Of a stretch of DNA of 64,000 nucleotides, positions 1 through 13,714 are shown piece after piece. The position numbers and the translations under genes are program-made. Numbering within the stretch: the stretch's first letter is position 1; each line of letters opens with the position of its first letter. Under the pieces are notes generated by a model, which ran no database searches, had not been told where the DNA came from, and was given only the letters and a program-made list of their open reading frames with translations. The stretch spans positions 92,320,001-92,384,000 of the forward strand of contig NC_045697.1 in the NCBI RefSeq assembly GCF_009834535.1, written 5' to 3'. This DNA is from Camelus ferus. Lineage: Eukaryota.

Positions 1-1543
1 GCAAATCCAGGTGTAGTTGTCTGCTCTTTGAGTTTTTTCTCATCCCAATTCCCCAAGTGAATTTCATATTATTTTAATTGGGCTTCACTTTTGACATATT
101 ATTTTAAATGTACTCTTCAAATTTAGTATAGTTTCCATATATGTGGTAAATAGTGGTATTCAGAAACTTAATTCACTTGTAAATGTATTATTACTGTTAT
201 GAACTAATATATTTAATCTAATACCTCTCCTATCTTTATTATATCTAATTTCAATAGGATATCTGTGCACATGTGATGTTTCATTTAATATTCTGACATT
301 ATATGTTGTTATAGAATATAATTAATATTAGCATTAAAAATTAATTATTTTGAATATACTTAATATATATGCATGTATATATCTATATCTTGAATAATAG
401 TCCTAAAAGCAGAATTTCCATATAAATTTTATTCAAGATTCAATATCAAGGTATGAAAGAAATAAAATCTGATTCTTTAATATAAATCCTCATTTAAAAA
501 TATGTTTTCTATAACCTAGCTCACTGATAGAATTTCAGGTAGTTTTTGTGTTTTAATTTTATAAAAGAGACTTGAAAAATTCATAATGCTTAAATTTTTT
601 TAGCAGATGACTAGTTGTACAAACCATAAAAATGCAAAAATGGTAATATGAAAATGCTACTTTTGAAACATGCACCCACTTAAACTTTTATACACAGACA
701 CACACACATATATCTGATTTACTGTTTTACTCCATGAGAATTGAGAAAGACCTTCCAAAATCTCAGGGTATAAGCATTCCTAGTTGGAAAAAAAAAAATC
801 TGGAAAAAATATCAAATGCTGTGAAATTGGCTGTGATAGTAATTCTGCATTACCACCTCTTTTGTTTGTCCAGCAACTTATTGATTAAACAGTATTTTCA
901 AGTCCTTATGTGAGCATCCATGTCCGTAGGTAATCTGTGTCATCAACTGCATTTTACAATATTAATGTTTTATTTTCTGAGAACCCTTGAGACTCATTGA
1001 AATTGAACACATTTTGCCATCATATTTTTCCTCAGATTAGATTCTGTGTTTATGTTCTCATTGGAAACCAAAAACTGAACTTCATGGGAATAATGCCAAA
1101 CAATTTAGGCACAAGCAGGAGTGGAAGAAAAACACCTCATGTTCAGCAGAATACTATTTTAGGACAGAGGATTGAGGAAAACTTTGAGTCCAGTTGAAAT
1201 TGCAGGGAGAATTAAAATGGCAGTAAGTGCATATAATTAACCATGCTGGAATTTGTTCAGGATATCAGGGCCAAGTGCTCTTTTAATTATTCAGTTAATG
1301 GGCCTCTTCATGCCAAAATAGCCACCCTACACTGAGATTGGCAGCCTGTTTTTCAGAAGCATGCCCTCATTTGTGCACTCTAAAACCACACAGAAGTTAA
1401 TTGCTTATCTAATGCCTCCATTTCTGTGCCAAGGCTCCAGTTTTACTCATTAAGTTAGGTAAATGCATAGATCGTTCTTGGGGTTTGGGAGATTACTCTA
1501 ACAGTAGATAAATCAGTTCTCTTTCATTGAAATGGTTTGGATA

Positions 1544-2170
1544 TGATGCAGGAAAAACGAATGTGGGGCGTGAGGAGGGCCATGTCCCAAGTCTCAGTTG
1601 AGCCCCTGGGATGTGCTCTACCGAGTGTGGGTCCTTGGCTTAGTTCGGCAAAGAATTCAAGAGTGAGCCACAGTTGAGTAAAGGTAGATTTATTTAGAGA
1701 GATACATACTGCATAGAGTGTAGGCTGTTTCAGAAGGCATGAGAAAGGCCATGAGGTATGGGGGTTGGGTGCTCAGATAGACACTGCGGCTGACTCGGAA
1801 GAGGAAGGAGTGAGAGAGGTGGCCACGAGGCATGGTGTTGCCAGTTTTTATCGTAGCTTCACACGCCTACAAGTCAGAGGACTATTCCAACTTCTTTGGG
1901 GAAGGAGCTGGGATTCCCAGGAACTGGGCTACTGCCCACTCTTGGACCTTTTATGGTTAGCCTTGGAACGATAATGGTGCCTGTGGGCATGTTATTTATC
2001 ATGCTAATATGCTACAATGAGCAAATGATGAAGTTCAAGGTCTACTAGAAGTCAAACCTTCTGCCATCTTAATTCTCAAGGCCTACGGGGAGTTGAATCT
2101 TCCACTATCATGGTGGTAATTGCTGTCATTCCTTGAATGGCTGTGCGCTGCCCTCTTCCCTCCTGTCTCA
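1544..2170 (-). mobile_element. ERV1-class solo LTR (~627 bp)
   Basis: Minus strand starts TGAGACAGG and ends CCTGCATCA (TG...CA). TATA-like GATAAAAA near 1845-1852, AATAAA at 1689-1694, then a CTCTTGAATTCTTT motif recalled from MER41/MER39-type R/U5 regions. GC-richer than flanks. TSD ambiguous (tatg occurs at both ends but overlaps the TG on the left). Confidence 0.75.
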
Positions 2171-3114
2171 TATGAACAGATCCAGAACATTGAATCTTCA
2201 TCTTTAAGGACATGCCTGGCTTTAAAACTTTAATATAATTTACATCGTACCTTAAGGAGTCCTAAACAGATTATGCACATTATTACTATTTTTTAAAAAT
2301 AATCTACCCAGTGATGACATCATGATAACTTTAACTCTTTATAACTTCTGTCCCTCAGAAGATGGTTTAAGTTACTTTATTAGTCAGTCATTCATATGTT
2401 TACAGATATGCTTGAATCCAATTTCTAGCCAGTTTGCTGAGTTTTCCACATTTCATTTTTATGCCTTGGTATCCTTTAACTAAGTGAAATTCTTCTACTT
2501 ACTCAGGTATTCCCTCCTGAAAAAAGATTTACACGAATTATAAAATGCTTCCACTTTCCTATAAATCAGTAATGCCCCCAAATATTAAAGAGACTCATAT
2601 AAATTTTACCCAAGCCCTGCAGTACAAACAAGTGTGTGTTGAGTATCAAACCCTCTAGGGAATCATGGGAAGTATGAGGTAGTTTGTTTCAGTTTCTCCT
2701 TAGTATTCCACTGGCTCTGAAGTGACCGATGCAGACACATGTTCAGTTCTTCACTTGGGTTTCTCCTTCCCTCTAGTATTGCCTCTTGTCTCTTTCATAC
2801 AATGTGCCTCTAACTTCCACTACAGACTCAGGAAGATATTTCTGCATTTATTGAAACAAGCTTGCCTTTCTTAAAACATACCATAAACACAAAGTTGTGT
2901 AATTGCAATTAGAAATCTTACTGCCAACACAACTAGGAACTCTAAAACCTGATAGTATTAACAGGTTACTTTATTATAGGCTAAGTTATTTAATTTGATT
3001 AAGAGGTTTCTTTTGAGGATTAAAATGTATACTTCATACTTTTTTTCTTTAATTGACTTTAAATGTGATTTAACCTATGAATGTCTATACAGATCACAGA
3101 AAATAATTGAAATA

Positions 3115-3205
3115 TACTTTTCATTTCTGGGTCCATCATTTTAACAAGGTCATTGACAAGTTGGAAAGTGTTTCAAACAAGCACAACAAAGATGATAAGA
3201 CTGTG
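3115..3205 (+). mobile_element. CR1/L3 LINE fragment
   Basis: TTCTGGGTCCATCATTTTAACAAGGTCATTGACAAGTTGGAAAGTGT resembles the recalled L3 ORF2 3' segment (FWAPHFKRDIDKLE-like). Confidence 0.55.
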
Positions 3206-3623
3206 AACTCAAAATTATGTTAATAAAAGGATTTTCTACATTGATTTTCCTCTGAAATTAAAAAAAAAATCAGTGTTTTTACTTACTTTACCTTTCTTAA
3301 TGTTCAGAATCACCCTTTGAATAAGAAAAGAATTTTAAAAAGCTGAGTAAAATGATTCTCAGATGACCTCACATGCATTAATAAATGGAAGGACCAGAAT
3401 TTAATACCAGGTTTGCTGTACTAACAGTCACTGACATTTTCAAGATACCATCATGATTGTGTAGAAAAATATACCAGCTTATTTTGTTTTGTACTGGAAA
3501 GCTAAACTAGAAAATCAGTTTGTCTATAATAGGAACACAAATTTTGGGTTCATATACAAAACTATGAAATGAAGAGAAATGGTGACAGTAAAATAAGAGA
3601 TAAAGTCAAAGCCTTGATTTTTA

Positions 3624-4309
3624 TGCTGGAGAGGGTGTGGAGAAAAGGGAACCCTCCTGCACTCTTGGTAGTTTGGTGCAGTCATTATGGAAAACAGTAT
3701 AGAGATTCCTTAAAACAAAAAAACAAAAAACCTGAAAATAGGCTTATCCTATGATCCAGCAATTCCACTCCTGGGCAGATATCCAGAGGAAACTCTAATG
3801 CAAAAAGATACATGCTCTGTAATGTTCATAGTAGCACTATTTGCAATACCAAGTCATGGAAGCAACCTAAATGTCCATCGACAGATGATTGGCTAAAGAA
3901 GTTGTAGTATATTTATATAATGGAATACTACTCAGCCATAAAAAGAAAATAATGCCGTTTTTAGCAACATGGGTGGACCTGGAGATCAGCATACCAAGGC
4001 AAGTAATCCAGAAAGAAAAATACCATTTAATATCACTTATATGTGGAATCTAAAAAAATGAGACAAATGAACTAATTTACAAAATGGAAACAGACTCACG
4101 GACATAGAAAACAAACTTATGATTGCCAGGAGGAAAGGGGAGGGTGGAGGGATTAATTGGGAATTTGGAATTTGCAGATACTACTACTATATATATAAAA
4201 TAGATTTACAACTTTCTGTTGTATAACACAGGAAACTATAGTTAATATCTTGCCTATAAGGAAAAGGACTATGAAAAAGAATATATATATACACATATAC
4301 ACACACTGA
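3624..4309 (+). mobile_element. L1 fragment: ORF2 C-terminus plus 3'UTR, truncated at both ends
   Basis: Typical L1 ORF2 tail (tatgatccagcaattccactcctggg, caacctaaatgtccatcgacagatga, atggaatactactcagcc) and 3'UTR homologous to 16086-16705 (minus). Ends at a (TA)/(CA) tract without poly(A). Flanked by TGATTTTTA at 3615-3623 and 4307-4315. Confidence 0.92.
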
Positions 4310-6289
4310 TTTTTAAAAAAAATGTTCCTAATGGACTAAGTCAGCTTACATCAATATTTCCCAAAGAAAATTCTTGAAGCACTTTTCTGACACATTATTG
4401 GATAGGTAAAGTATATATAGAGGAATAAAACAGAACAATACAAAAAATTTGATTAGGTACAATTACCAAAGGAATTCTAATTCATAAGATGTCAAACTAA
4501 TTTTTAAGGAAAATAATGGTTGTGCAGGTGTTTTGGATTCATTAGGGAATGCTACATCCCAACTTGCTCTTGTTGGTGAATTTGTGCTAGTCCTCTCTGA
4601 AGACCGTGGTATTTGCATAAATTTCTCTCTTGGCAAAAATATGTGAGAAGATGTGAGAAGACTAATACCACCATATTGTCTAATACAGAATTTATTGCTG
4701 TACAAAACTATGAGGTTGGGCTGGTGAAGAAAAACAGTAAACTGTAGATTTTGCTTTAGCACATTTAAAAGTGCCACAGTTCAACACATTTGTTTTCTAA
4801 ATCTTCAAGGAAAATTTCTTTCTTAGGAATATACTGCCTGCTTAACTTAGGGCTTTATACATACTTGGCACAATAGTAGATACTGAGGGCTTAGCATACC
4901 CTCGTATTAGAACAGCAGCAGAATTTAGTAAGTAGTTGTGGGTTTTATTGATGTTTATAGTTGACGGTAGGGCTGTATTTTCAGCTATCTTTATTCTTTC
5001 GATTGTTTAATAGAAGTAAGTATACACATGGCAGAGAACCAGGCTTCCTTCATGGCAGATCTTTGGAGAGCCAAGGTATTAATGTCAAAAAGGTGAGAAT
5101 TAGGAGGCATGTTTGGTGGGTTATTGTTGATTATAATTAATAGACCATGAGTAAACCATTATTTTGAACTGTCGTACTCAGGACAAATAGTTAGAGGACT
5201 TGGAAGAGAAGATGATAGGATGTATAAATTCCTTAAGGGCCACAAAATGAGTATCTTAAAATTCAGGCAAAGAGAGAAAGACTTTTATTTCAATGTTAAT
5301 CAAAAATCCTTCCCCACTAAAGTTTACCCTCTTTATATAAAGAACATACTCAAAAGAGCAATGATTGTCATTATCTTATTCCAAAGCTACTGAGTTGCTG
5401 ACATAATCAGAGGGGCCACATTGTAACCACAGCATTGTTTAAATTAAATAATAAATAGTAAATGACAGACTGTGGGGTTCAATTTTCAAATAGAACTAAA
5501 GAAGAATTTTTTCCACTCTAGTATTTCTGTACACATTTTTCTATTTTCCATTTTTTCTTTTCTTTTTTTTTTTGAGAAGGAGGATGATTCCTTATTCATT
5601 GTCACAACACAGCAGAAAGCAGGAACTGTACTTTGACATCAGTTCCTTTTACCTGGCCAGTCTCATGGGACAATTGTGTGGCTGAACCACAGTGACTCCA
5701 ATTTGTTAGCTCTATCTTGGGACTGCAGTCCTACCTCTCCCTGTCCTTTCCCAATGACTGAGCTTTAGCCTAATTCACAAGGAATTAGCCCAAACTAGTT
5801 TGCCTTCATCTGATAGAAAACTGGACGAGTGTTTGCTGATGCAGATAGCTAATGAGACCCCTTGGCAGGAGGAAAAACCCCTGGTTCCAGTCAGTGCAGA
5901 TGTGCTTCTCCCTTGGCTGTAAAATTCTATTTTTAGTCTTAACCTGTACCCCTTTCAGTGGCATTGAGTGCAGCTGCAAATCTTTGTTAACAAATCTTCA
6001 CTCTGCCCAGAAGATAGACACTATGTTTTCTGAGTCTCTTTGATATACAAACAGCCATGCAGTAATTGTCTGAAACAGAAGACATGAAGAAATGTGAGAA
6101 CACCATGGAAAATCAGCTTCCAATAGAGTTCTAAAATACATACCTAGGATTTTATTTTTTTCATCAACAACAGCACCCCTTACTTGTTGGATCAAACAAA
6201 AAAGCTGGGCCTTTAACTTGACTCCCACATCTTTTTTCTCTACGCTTATCTGTTCATCAGAACTCTTTATATATCAAATATCTTTCAAT

Positions 6290-6975
6290 GATGTTCAGTT
6301 TTTTCTATTCTCATTGTTATTGCCATAATTAGTTTACCACGACCAGTAACTTGGTTTCTTGCAAGAGCCACCTTGCATGGTTGTTGGGCCCAAATCCTGT
6401 TCAGCATTAATGCTTTCTTTATAAATTCAGCCAGGATTATCTTCTGAAGATGCAGATCTTTTAAGGTCACTCTTTTACATGAAATACTTTATAAATTGCC
6501 TTTGGTTTCAGGATATAACCCACATTTCTTTAAATGTCTTGCAGTTTACTGAATCTGTTTTTCTCTTCATTGTCTTCTCTTACCACCCTCCTCTAAGGCT
6601 TGTTGCATCTCTACTGAAATACTTAATGTTCCAGGACTCTGCACATCCCATTTCTTCTTCCTGAAATATCCTTCCCTTGAATCTCATTCCCTTTCTAAGG
6701 CTGATTACTGCCTGCGCATTCCTCATGGATCAACTTAGATGTCATTTCCTCCAAAAATCCTATCTGACTCTTCCCAGTCCAAATTATGCAGCTCCATACT
6801 TCTCCTTTAACATCTCTTATCACATAGTAATTAAATTGCCTATTAACTTGTTTTTATATTTCATTAGGTAGTAAGTTCTACAATGATAAGTACCCAAGAC
6901 CCACACAGATTGGCATATGGTACTCATTCATAAATGCTTATTGAATATATGAATAAATAAAAATGAAGGAATAAG
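6290..6975 (+). mobile_element. L2 LINE 3' fragment
   Basis: caacttagatgtcatttcctcc and ggcatatggtactcattcataaatgcttattgaatatatgaataaat, the degenerate L2 3' end with TGAA-type tail. Confidence 0.65.
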
Positions 6976-7779
6976 TGAATATATAATGTGATGCTTACTT
7001 TGATGTTAGAAATAGAAATGTACTCCAGGAATAATGGAAACAAGTTAGAATCAATCCTATACTTGGACACTACTTTTAATTTCTTTCTTTCTTTTTATTT
7101 TTCCTGTGATCTTCTACCCATGACATTGTTCTGACCTTACTGGTATACATACTATGTCACTTTACAAAGAGGATTTTAAATGTCAACCAACTCTTGACTT
7201 CTTAGAATTTTATTCACCAAAAAGAAGCAGTGGGAAAATACGACAGGTGGATACGTGTTGAGGATTAGAGTACACTGGGGACTGAAATGAAGCTACCAAT
7301 CTCATTAGCTGTCTTCTGAGCAGCCAGATTCTACCTAGGTCCCCAAGGTGAAAGGCTAATAATTAATTCAATTTACTATCTATTCTGTAGAAAGCTCCAA
7401 AGGTTAAGATTATAGAGGACCGATGAGGGCAATCTTTTATACTGTTTAAATTGCTGTTTAAATTTGAATTAGATTCTAACGGTGACAGTTTGAAACTGAC
7501 ACAGTTTAATTCATTTATCACATTCCAAAACCTGCCTACCTGAACTGGCTTTAAAGTATGTCTTAAATAAGCAGTCAGTCAATGCATTTACTTGTCCATT
7601 TTTATTATTTGCTTGGAATTTAAAGATGAACAGCAATTGCTAGCCTTGTTAACATTTTTGTTCACTTTTTATTGTTTTAGCTTTCTCTACTACGGGTTTC
7701 CCCACCTGTCATGGTGTAAAAAATTTTGTTGGTAATGTACAATAAATGTACAGCATTCTGGAGGTAGAATTGGTTAATA

Positions 7780-7965
7780 TAATAATAACAACAACTTACA
7801 TTTATATAGTGTTTATGATTTACCAGGCTGTATTTTACCAGTCTTTATTTAATCCCTCAGCAATCCTTCTGGGTACCTATTATTTCATTCATATTTTAGA
7901 GATGAATAAATTGAAGACCAGAGTGCTACATTTTCCAAGGTTATACAGCAAATGAATGACAAAAC
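7780..7965 (-). mobile_element. MIR SINE
   Basis: MIR core variant: cattcatattttagagatgaataaattgaagaccagag...ttttccaaggttatacagc. Confidence 0.7.
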
Positions 7966-9379
7966 TGCCTTTCAAAATCAGTAATGGAAACATTTGCCTA
8001 AATTCAGCCATATTTGCTTCACTGGAATTCAGGCACTTCTCAAATTCCTCCACATTTTGTATATTCTTAGGGAACCTGGTGTTCTGCCCATAGACTTGTA
8101 CTTGGTTAGTGTACAGCAGTTGCCATTTCTTTTCTTTCTTACCCCGACCTTCTAGTGATGTCTGTTGTGATGCTGCTGCTTTTCCCTGAAAACAGGAGGC
8201 CTGCAGGTGCCTGCATTCTCCAGCATGTCTCCCACAGCTGGTGCCTGCCAGATACTGTCCCAAGTCTGCCACGGCCAACTATACTAAGGGCACTGGGGAC
8301 TGCATGCAGGGAGATTTTCTGCTGCAGCCAGAAAGTGTTCACACTGATCCTGCTGACATTTTTCACCCCTGATATTTTAGTTTTCATTCAAGATACAGTT
8401 GCAGGTCATGATGTTTGAGTGTAGCAAAAGTTCAAAAAGGCAGGAATTAAATATCTGAGAGAAAAATAAAATTCTATACTTGGTATTATTCCTCCATTTA
8501 TTTTACAAAGGATGTACATCAATTCTCCTTCTCTTCTCTCACTCACATACCTAAGTAAGACCCCAAGGGGCAGTTCCTTCACTAATGCACAGAATTCGAA
8601 CATAGTAGGATGTGGCAGGGCTCCTTCATCTGGAAACAATGAGAGATACCAGTCTTTCTTCCTTTAGTGTAATCAGTACTGCTTCTTTTCTGCCAAAATA
8701 AAGGAGAAAGAATCAGAATCACTGTTTGTTTTTGTTTTGTTTTGTTTTTCTTTCTTTTTTTTTCTCTCTGGATCAATAAAATGTTATCCAAATCAGTGAA
8801 AACTTTCTATGCATCAAATGGGCCTATAAGTATTACTTTATATGCTTACAAAAGACAGGAGGTAGGAAGGGATTTATATTTTCAATCTAAATCTTAGTAC
8901 ACAATGATAACATCTACATGAGGTCTAATGCAAAATTGGCAGGAGGGCTAAAGAACCAATAGACTTACCTGGTTGCATTGTTGAGTAATTTATGTTTTCA
9001 GCATGGCTTTAAAGGACGAAAGAATTGCAGCACAGATAAATGAATACTGTTCTGTGTCTGTAAGAAAGCAAAACCACAGAGGATACAAAGGATGATACCT
9101 AATAGGCTGCCAAAAAGATAGGAAATATAACAAAATGAAGGATACTACAGCTGGCACTCAGACTGCTGACTATCATACTTTGATCATTTTTGGTTTTTGT
9201 TTTTATGTATGTTTGAAATCATATTATAGGCAGGAGCACCAAAGAGGAAGAGTAGACTTTGTTACTTTTTTGATGTAATTTACTTGATGAAAAAGAGAAC
9301 TATAGAATTTTATATGTGGAAATTTTCATTTTTATTATTTACATATTAATTATATATATCTAGATTTTGTTTATTATTT

Positions 9380-9920
9380 TCAACATAATATTTTTAATAG
9401 TAGCTTTCTACACTGTAACATTGTTCATCTCTTATTGAAATATGCTTTTGGGATTAGCTTCTTTTGCTTAGCATGGCATCTGTGAAATTCATTCCTGTTG
9501 TGTGTAGCTCTAATCCATTCTTTTCTCATTGCTATATAGTAGTCCCTTGTACAAGCATTTAGTAATTTATCCCTTCCTTTGATGGGCATTAGAATTATTT
9601 AAAGTTTCAGGATACTGTGAATAAAGCTATTACAACTATTTTTGTAAATATCTTTTTTCCACACATGCACTTACTTCTATTGTGTATGTTTCTGTGAGTG
9701 AAACTGCTGGATATAATGCATATCTGTATAACTTCAGTGGATAATGTCAAATGCTCTTCCAAAGTAGTCACACAGATTTACATTCACAAAAATAGTGTCT
9801 GGGAATTCCAGGTTGTGCACATTGCTGTCACTACCAGAATTGTTGGTTTATTTTGTTTTAAAATATATATGCACTGGTATTTCATGGTAGTTTTGATTTA
9901 CATGTCTTTCTTGATTTATT
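9380..9920 (-). mobile_element. Old L1 (L1M-type) 3' fragment
   Basis: Degenerate antisense L1 ORF2 tail/3'UTR motifs: gatgggcattagaattatt, gtgaataaagctatt, gaaactgctggatata, tgtcaaatgctcttccaaagt. Confidence 0.7.
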
Positions 9921-10213
9921 GCCCGAGTCATGAAGCAGAAAATGCCATAAAGCAAAAGTAAGAACTAAATGTTGGGCTTTCCTTAGTGTACTCTCATTTT
10001 GCTCAGATATAGCCCCTTGTGTCTTGGCAGACTTGGTTGTTCTTCTGTGCCTTGAAACTGTTGTTATTTTATATTTCCTCTACTTTTATGATTATTTTTG
10101 TTGGAATGGTTAGGCTGATATAATCTCTTCCATCATGGCCTGTGGTGGAGACTTAGCATGTTTTGGAGGGTTTTGAACAGAGGGCCTGATAGTAATTTTA
10201 TTACTGATTTGGT

Positions 10214-11515
10214 GTTATAACAAGGGTCCTTGATTTTGAATTAGGTGGAGATGTGATACATAGTAAGATACCAAATTGAAATGGAAATATAAACTTAATA
10301 CAAATTTTGGGGAATTTCTAAATTAAGAAGGAAAACTTATTTCACAATTTTTAAGCCCTAGGTTATATATAGAAATCAAAAGAGCAGTGAGGGAGATCTG
10401 GTGAAGATTTATTTGGAGAGAGACTACTGAATGAATCTCCTCCCTTCCCCTTGGTGGATGTTTGATGGAGCATTACTCCATATCTAGAGTAGGCATACTA
10501 GGCTGATTAGGGCTTCAGAAGGGGACCGCTTGGGGACCTTTGACATGTTTTCGGTGCAGCTGAGAGACAAATTATGCCTGAGAAAGCTAACATAGAACAT
10601 AAATTGAGTTGTGACCCAGCAAATGAGTTTTCTAGGCGGTTAGAAGAGTAGATGTTTATAGTGAATCTAAGAGAGTGATGGTGGGTTTGCCTTGTAGGTC
10701 TAGACTTTATCAGAGTAAATTTATAAGGGTAAGGTCTATCTGGAGTTTATCAGGTAAGTTTACCAGGTGGTTGAGTGCTTCCTATGGCCAGATAGGAACC
10801 TTGTGAGAAAGAGGACCAGTGTGAAGGAAGCCTGAATCCTGTCCAACAAAACTGAGCACAGATGCAGGGGACAGAACAAGAGGAAGAGGGTGGCGCCCTA
10901 CTGCTGGATACCCAGTGGCTAAGCTAGATGTCACAAACAACTACCAGGAATAGTGGTAGATCCTGTGGGAGTCCGCAGAAGGGAACCTGATGCAGGGCAC
11001 AGGCAGAGAGCTCCGGAGTGTCTATTGATAGAAAGAGTCAGCTTTAATGATGAACAGGAAGCTCAGAAGTGAAGTAAGAAGTTTCCTATTCTCTGCCTCT
11101 TCTTCTTCCTCTGACCTATTAGGGCAGAGAAAGAGCTGCCAGAGAGTGAAGGTAGAGAAAATAGAGAAAAAAGTGACCTCTAGCTTATTCCCAGTTGCTG
11201 GTTTAAAATCTGAAGCAGCTTCAAACTGGAATGAGGAAGAAAAATTGAAGTCAAGTATACAATTTTATTTCTTATGTGAAACTATATATCATTATGTGGG
11301 ACTAGAAGATATTCAAGACTGAATTAATGTTACAGATGTTGTGGAACCATCTTTAATACCACAGTAGTCACTGCCTTGACAGTTTTTATCTCGTGATAGG
11401 AAAAACTTTCTTGCAATGAATGAAGTTTAAAAGAATGATATGAGACAAAAAGTTGCATATATATGTATATGTGATTAATTACTATCCCTGTATCTTGCTT
11501 GTTCAACAAACTGAT
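10214..11515 (+). mobile_element. Ancient long LTR (LTR78-like)
   Basis: ~1.3 kb purine-rich block starting ...aagggtccttgattttgaattaggtgg and ending gagacaaaaagttgc...cttgcttgttcaacaaactg, resembling recalled LTR78 termini. Confidence 0.5.
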
Positions 11516-11844
11516 TTTAAATTAATTGTTCTGACTACCCCGTGCTTCAGTTTGAATGTTTTCTAGTAATTTGTCTTCTAGTTTGGTAATCCTCTGTTTA
11601 CCAGATTCTTATTTGTTATTCAGCCCTAATTTTAGTTACCATATTGTTTAGTTTTACAACCATTATTTGATTAAAAAATAGGTTCTAGTGCTCTGGTGAA
11701 ATTCACTGTGTTATCATACTTTTCCTAATATTAGTCACAGTTATTTTGAAGTCTCTGGCTGATAGCTCCAGTGTCTGGAACGCTTGTTCATCTGTTTTGA
11801 AACTTTAACTTTTATTTTGTTCCTGTTTCTTTTTTTAAAATTAA

Positions 11845-12905
11845 CTTTTCTTTTTGTTTTAGAATAGATTTAGATTTATAGAAAAGTTGTAAACATAATA
11901 CAGAGAGTTCCCATATATCCCCACACACAGTTTCCCATATTACTAACATTTTACATTAGTGTGGTTCTCTTGTCATGCAGAATGATCAATATTCATTCAT
12001 TATTATTACATATTCTGTTAAAATTTTTAAAATTTTAAACTAATGTCCTCTTTTCTGTTCCAGGATACATTTAGTTTATGTTTAGTTATCATGTCACCTT
12101 AGGCGCCTCATTTTCCCAAATTTTTTTTATTTTGATGACCTTGACAGTTTTGAAGAATACTGGTCGGGTATATTGAGGATTTTACAATATTAGAATTTGT
12201 TTGTTGTTTTTTCATGGTTAGACTAGAGTTATTGTGTTTTGGGGAAAAATAACACATCAGTAAAATACCATTCTCATTATGTTATATCAAGGTTATATGT
12301 CACCAGCATGACTTATCACTCTAGATGTTAATCTTGATCACCTGACAGGAAGTGATTGATAAATTTCACCAATGCAAAGTTATGTTTTGTTCACCCTTTC
12401 TATACTGTATTCTTAGGCATAAACTTACTTTGTGCAGCCCATCCTTAAAGATGTGGGGTTACTTTCCACCTCTTTAAGGACAAAGTTTCTATATAGATCA
12501 TTTGAAATTCTTCTACATAGGAGATTTGTCTATTTATTTATTTATTTATTGAGTTAATCATTTATTTTACTATTTATTTATGTCCCAAATTATTTCAGAT
12601 CTGGCTGTTGAGAACTCTTTCAGTTGGCTCCTTTGTCCCTTTGAGATACCTCAGCCCCCTTCTCTTTTTGATTTTTTTAGCACTTCCTTACTTTCTGGCA
12701 TTATAAGATGCTCCAGGCTCCTCTGGAATATTTCCTGACCTAGTCCTAGAATTGGTCTTGTCTCTAAGGAATCCTGATTTCTTTAATTGGTATTAAAAAT
12801 CACAGTCTAGATGTTAGGCTCGTTCATTGCTAGTGGGTTGTGATTGCTTCTAGGCACTCAGCATATAGAGTAAGGAAATATGTTTATAATACTAACCCAT
12901 GCATC
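11845..12905 (-). mobile_element. L1MC/L1MD-type 3'UTR fragment
   Basis: Motifs tttagatttatagaaaagttg, ttgatgaccttgacagttttgaagaatactggtc, agcacttccttactttctggca. Homologous in inverted orientation to 56690-57120. Confidence 0.75.
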
Positions 12906-13687
12906 TGTCCTATTTCTTTTTATGTTTAATAATTTTTGATCAATTTCTGGACATTCTATAGTAAAAAATGTAGAATACCTGAGTGATAGTTTTATTTTCT
13001 TCCAACAGAGGAGATGTTTTTAAAGGCAGGTGTCTATGTTTACCTGCTAGCAGACAGACAGATTAGGGGAATATCATCTTAATCCAGTTAGAGACTGGCT
13101 AGGTTCAAGATCAGATTTCATTCTTCATGAAGCTCGGTATAATTTTGATTTTCCCTTTACAAATAGAGTCTCATTTTGAATCTGGGGCATATGTGGGCCC
13201 TTGTCATTGGTGCACCCTGAACCCATCTACTTAGCATCACGAGACTGCCAAGGTTTACTTAGCTTCTCAGCCAGTTTCTTAGTTGCTGCTCTCTGCTTAA
13301 TTTGTACTTGGAAATTGGCAAGTGTTCCAAGTGGAGGACTAGAGACTAGAGCAGGTCACATTCACTTCTGATTTCTGTAACTCCAAGATTTTGTCCCAAG
13401 TCCAGGCAGCTCTTATAGCTCTAAAATCCAGTATTGTTTTTCAAACCCTGTGAGGCTTATAAAATCTTTTCTTGGCTACTACTTTCCCTTGGGAATTCCT
13501 TTTGGGGCCTTTCAAACTCCTGTTACATGTGTCTTTAAAAAGGGGACAGATGCTTTGGGGAAAAAATACGGTGTAGAATGTCATGATCACCTCAGTGAGT
13601 TTTCCTTGTCTTCACAATATTGGCCATTCAAGTCCTAGCCTTGGTAGCTCTCTGATACCATTGAACACACACTAATACACACATAAA

Positions 13688-13714
13688 TGTGTGTGTGTGT
13701 GTGTGTGTGTGTGT
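13688..13714. repeat. (TG)13 microsatellite
   Basis: Perfect dinucleotide run read directly. Confidence 0.97.

Noticed and set aside
7889..8418. Overlapping ORFs of 82-129 aa
   Set aside because: No recognisable domain, partly run into a MIR, and no convincing splice-site pair.
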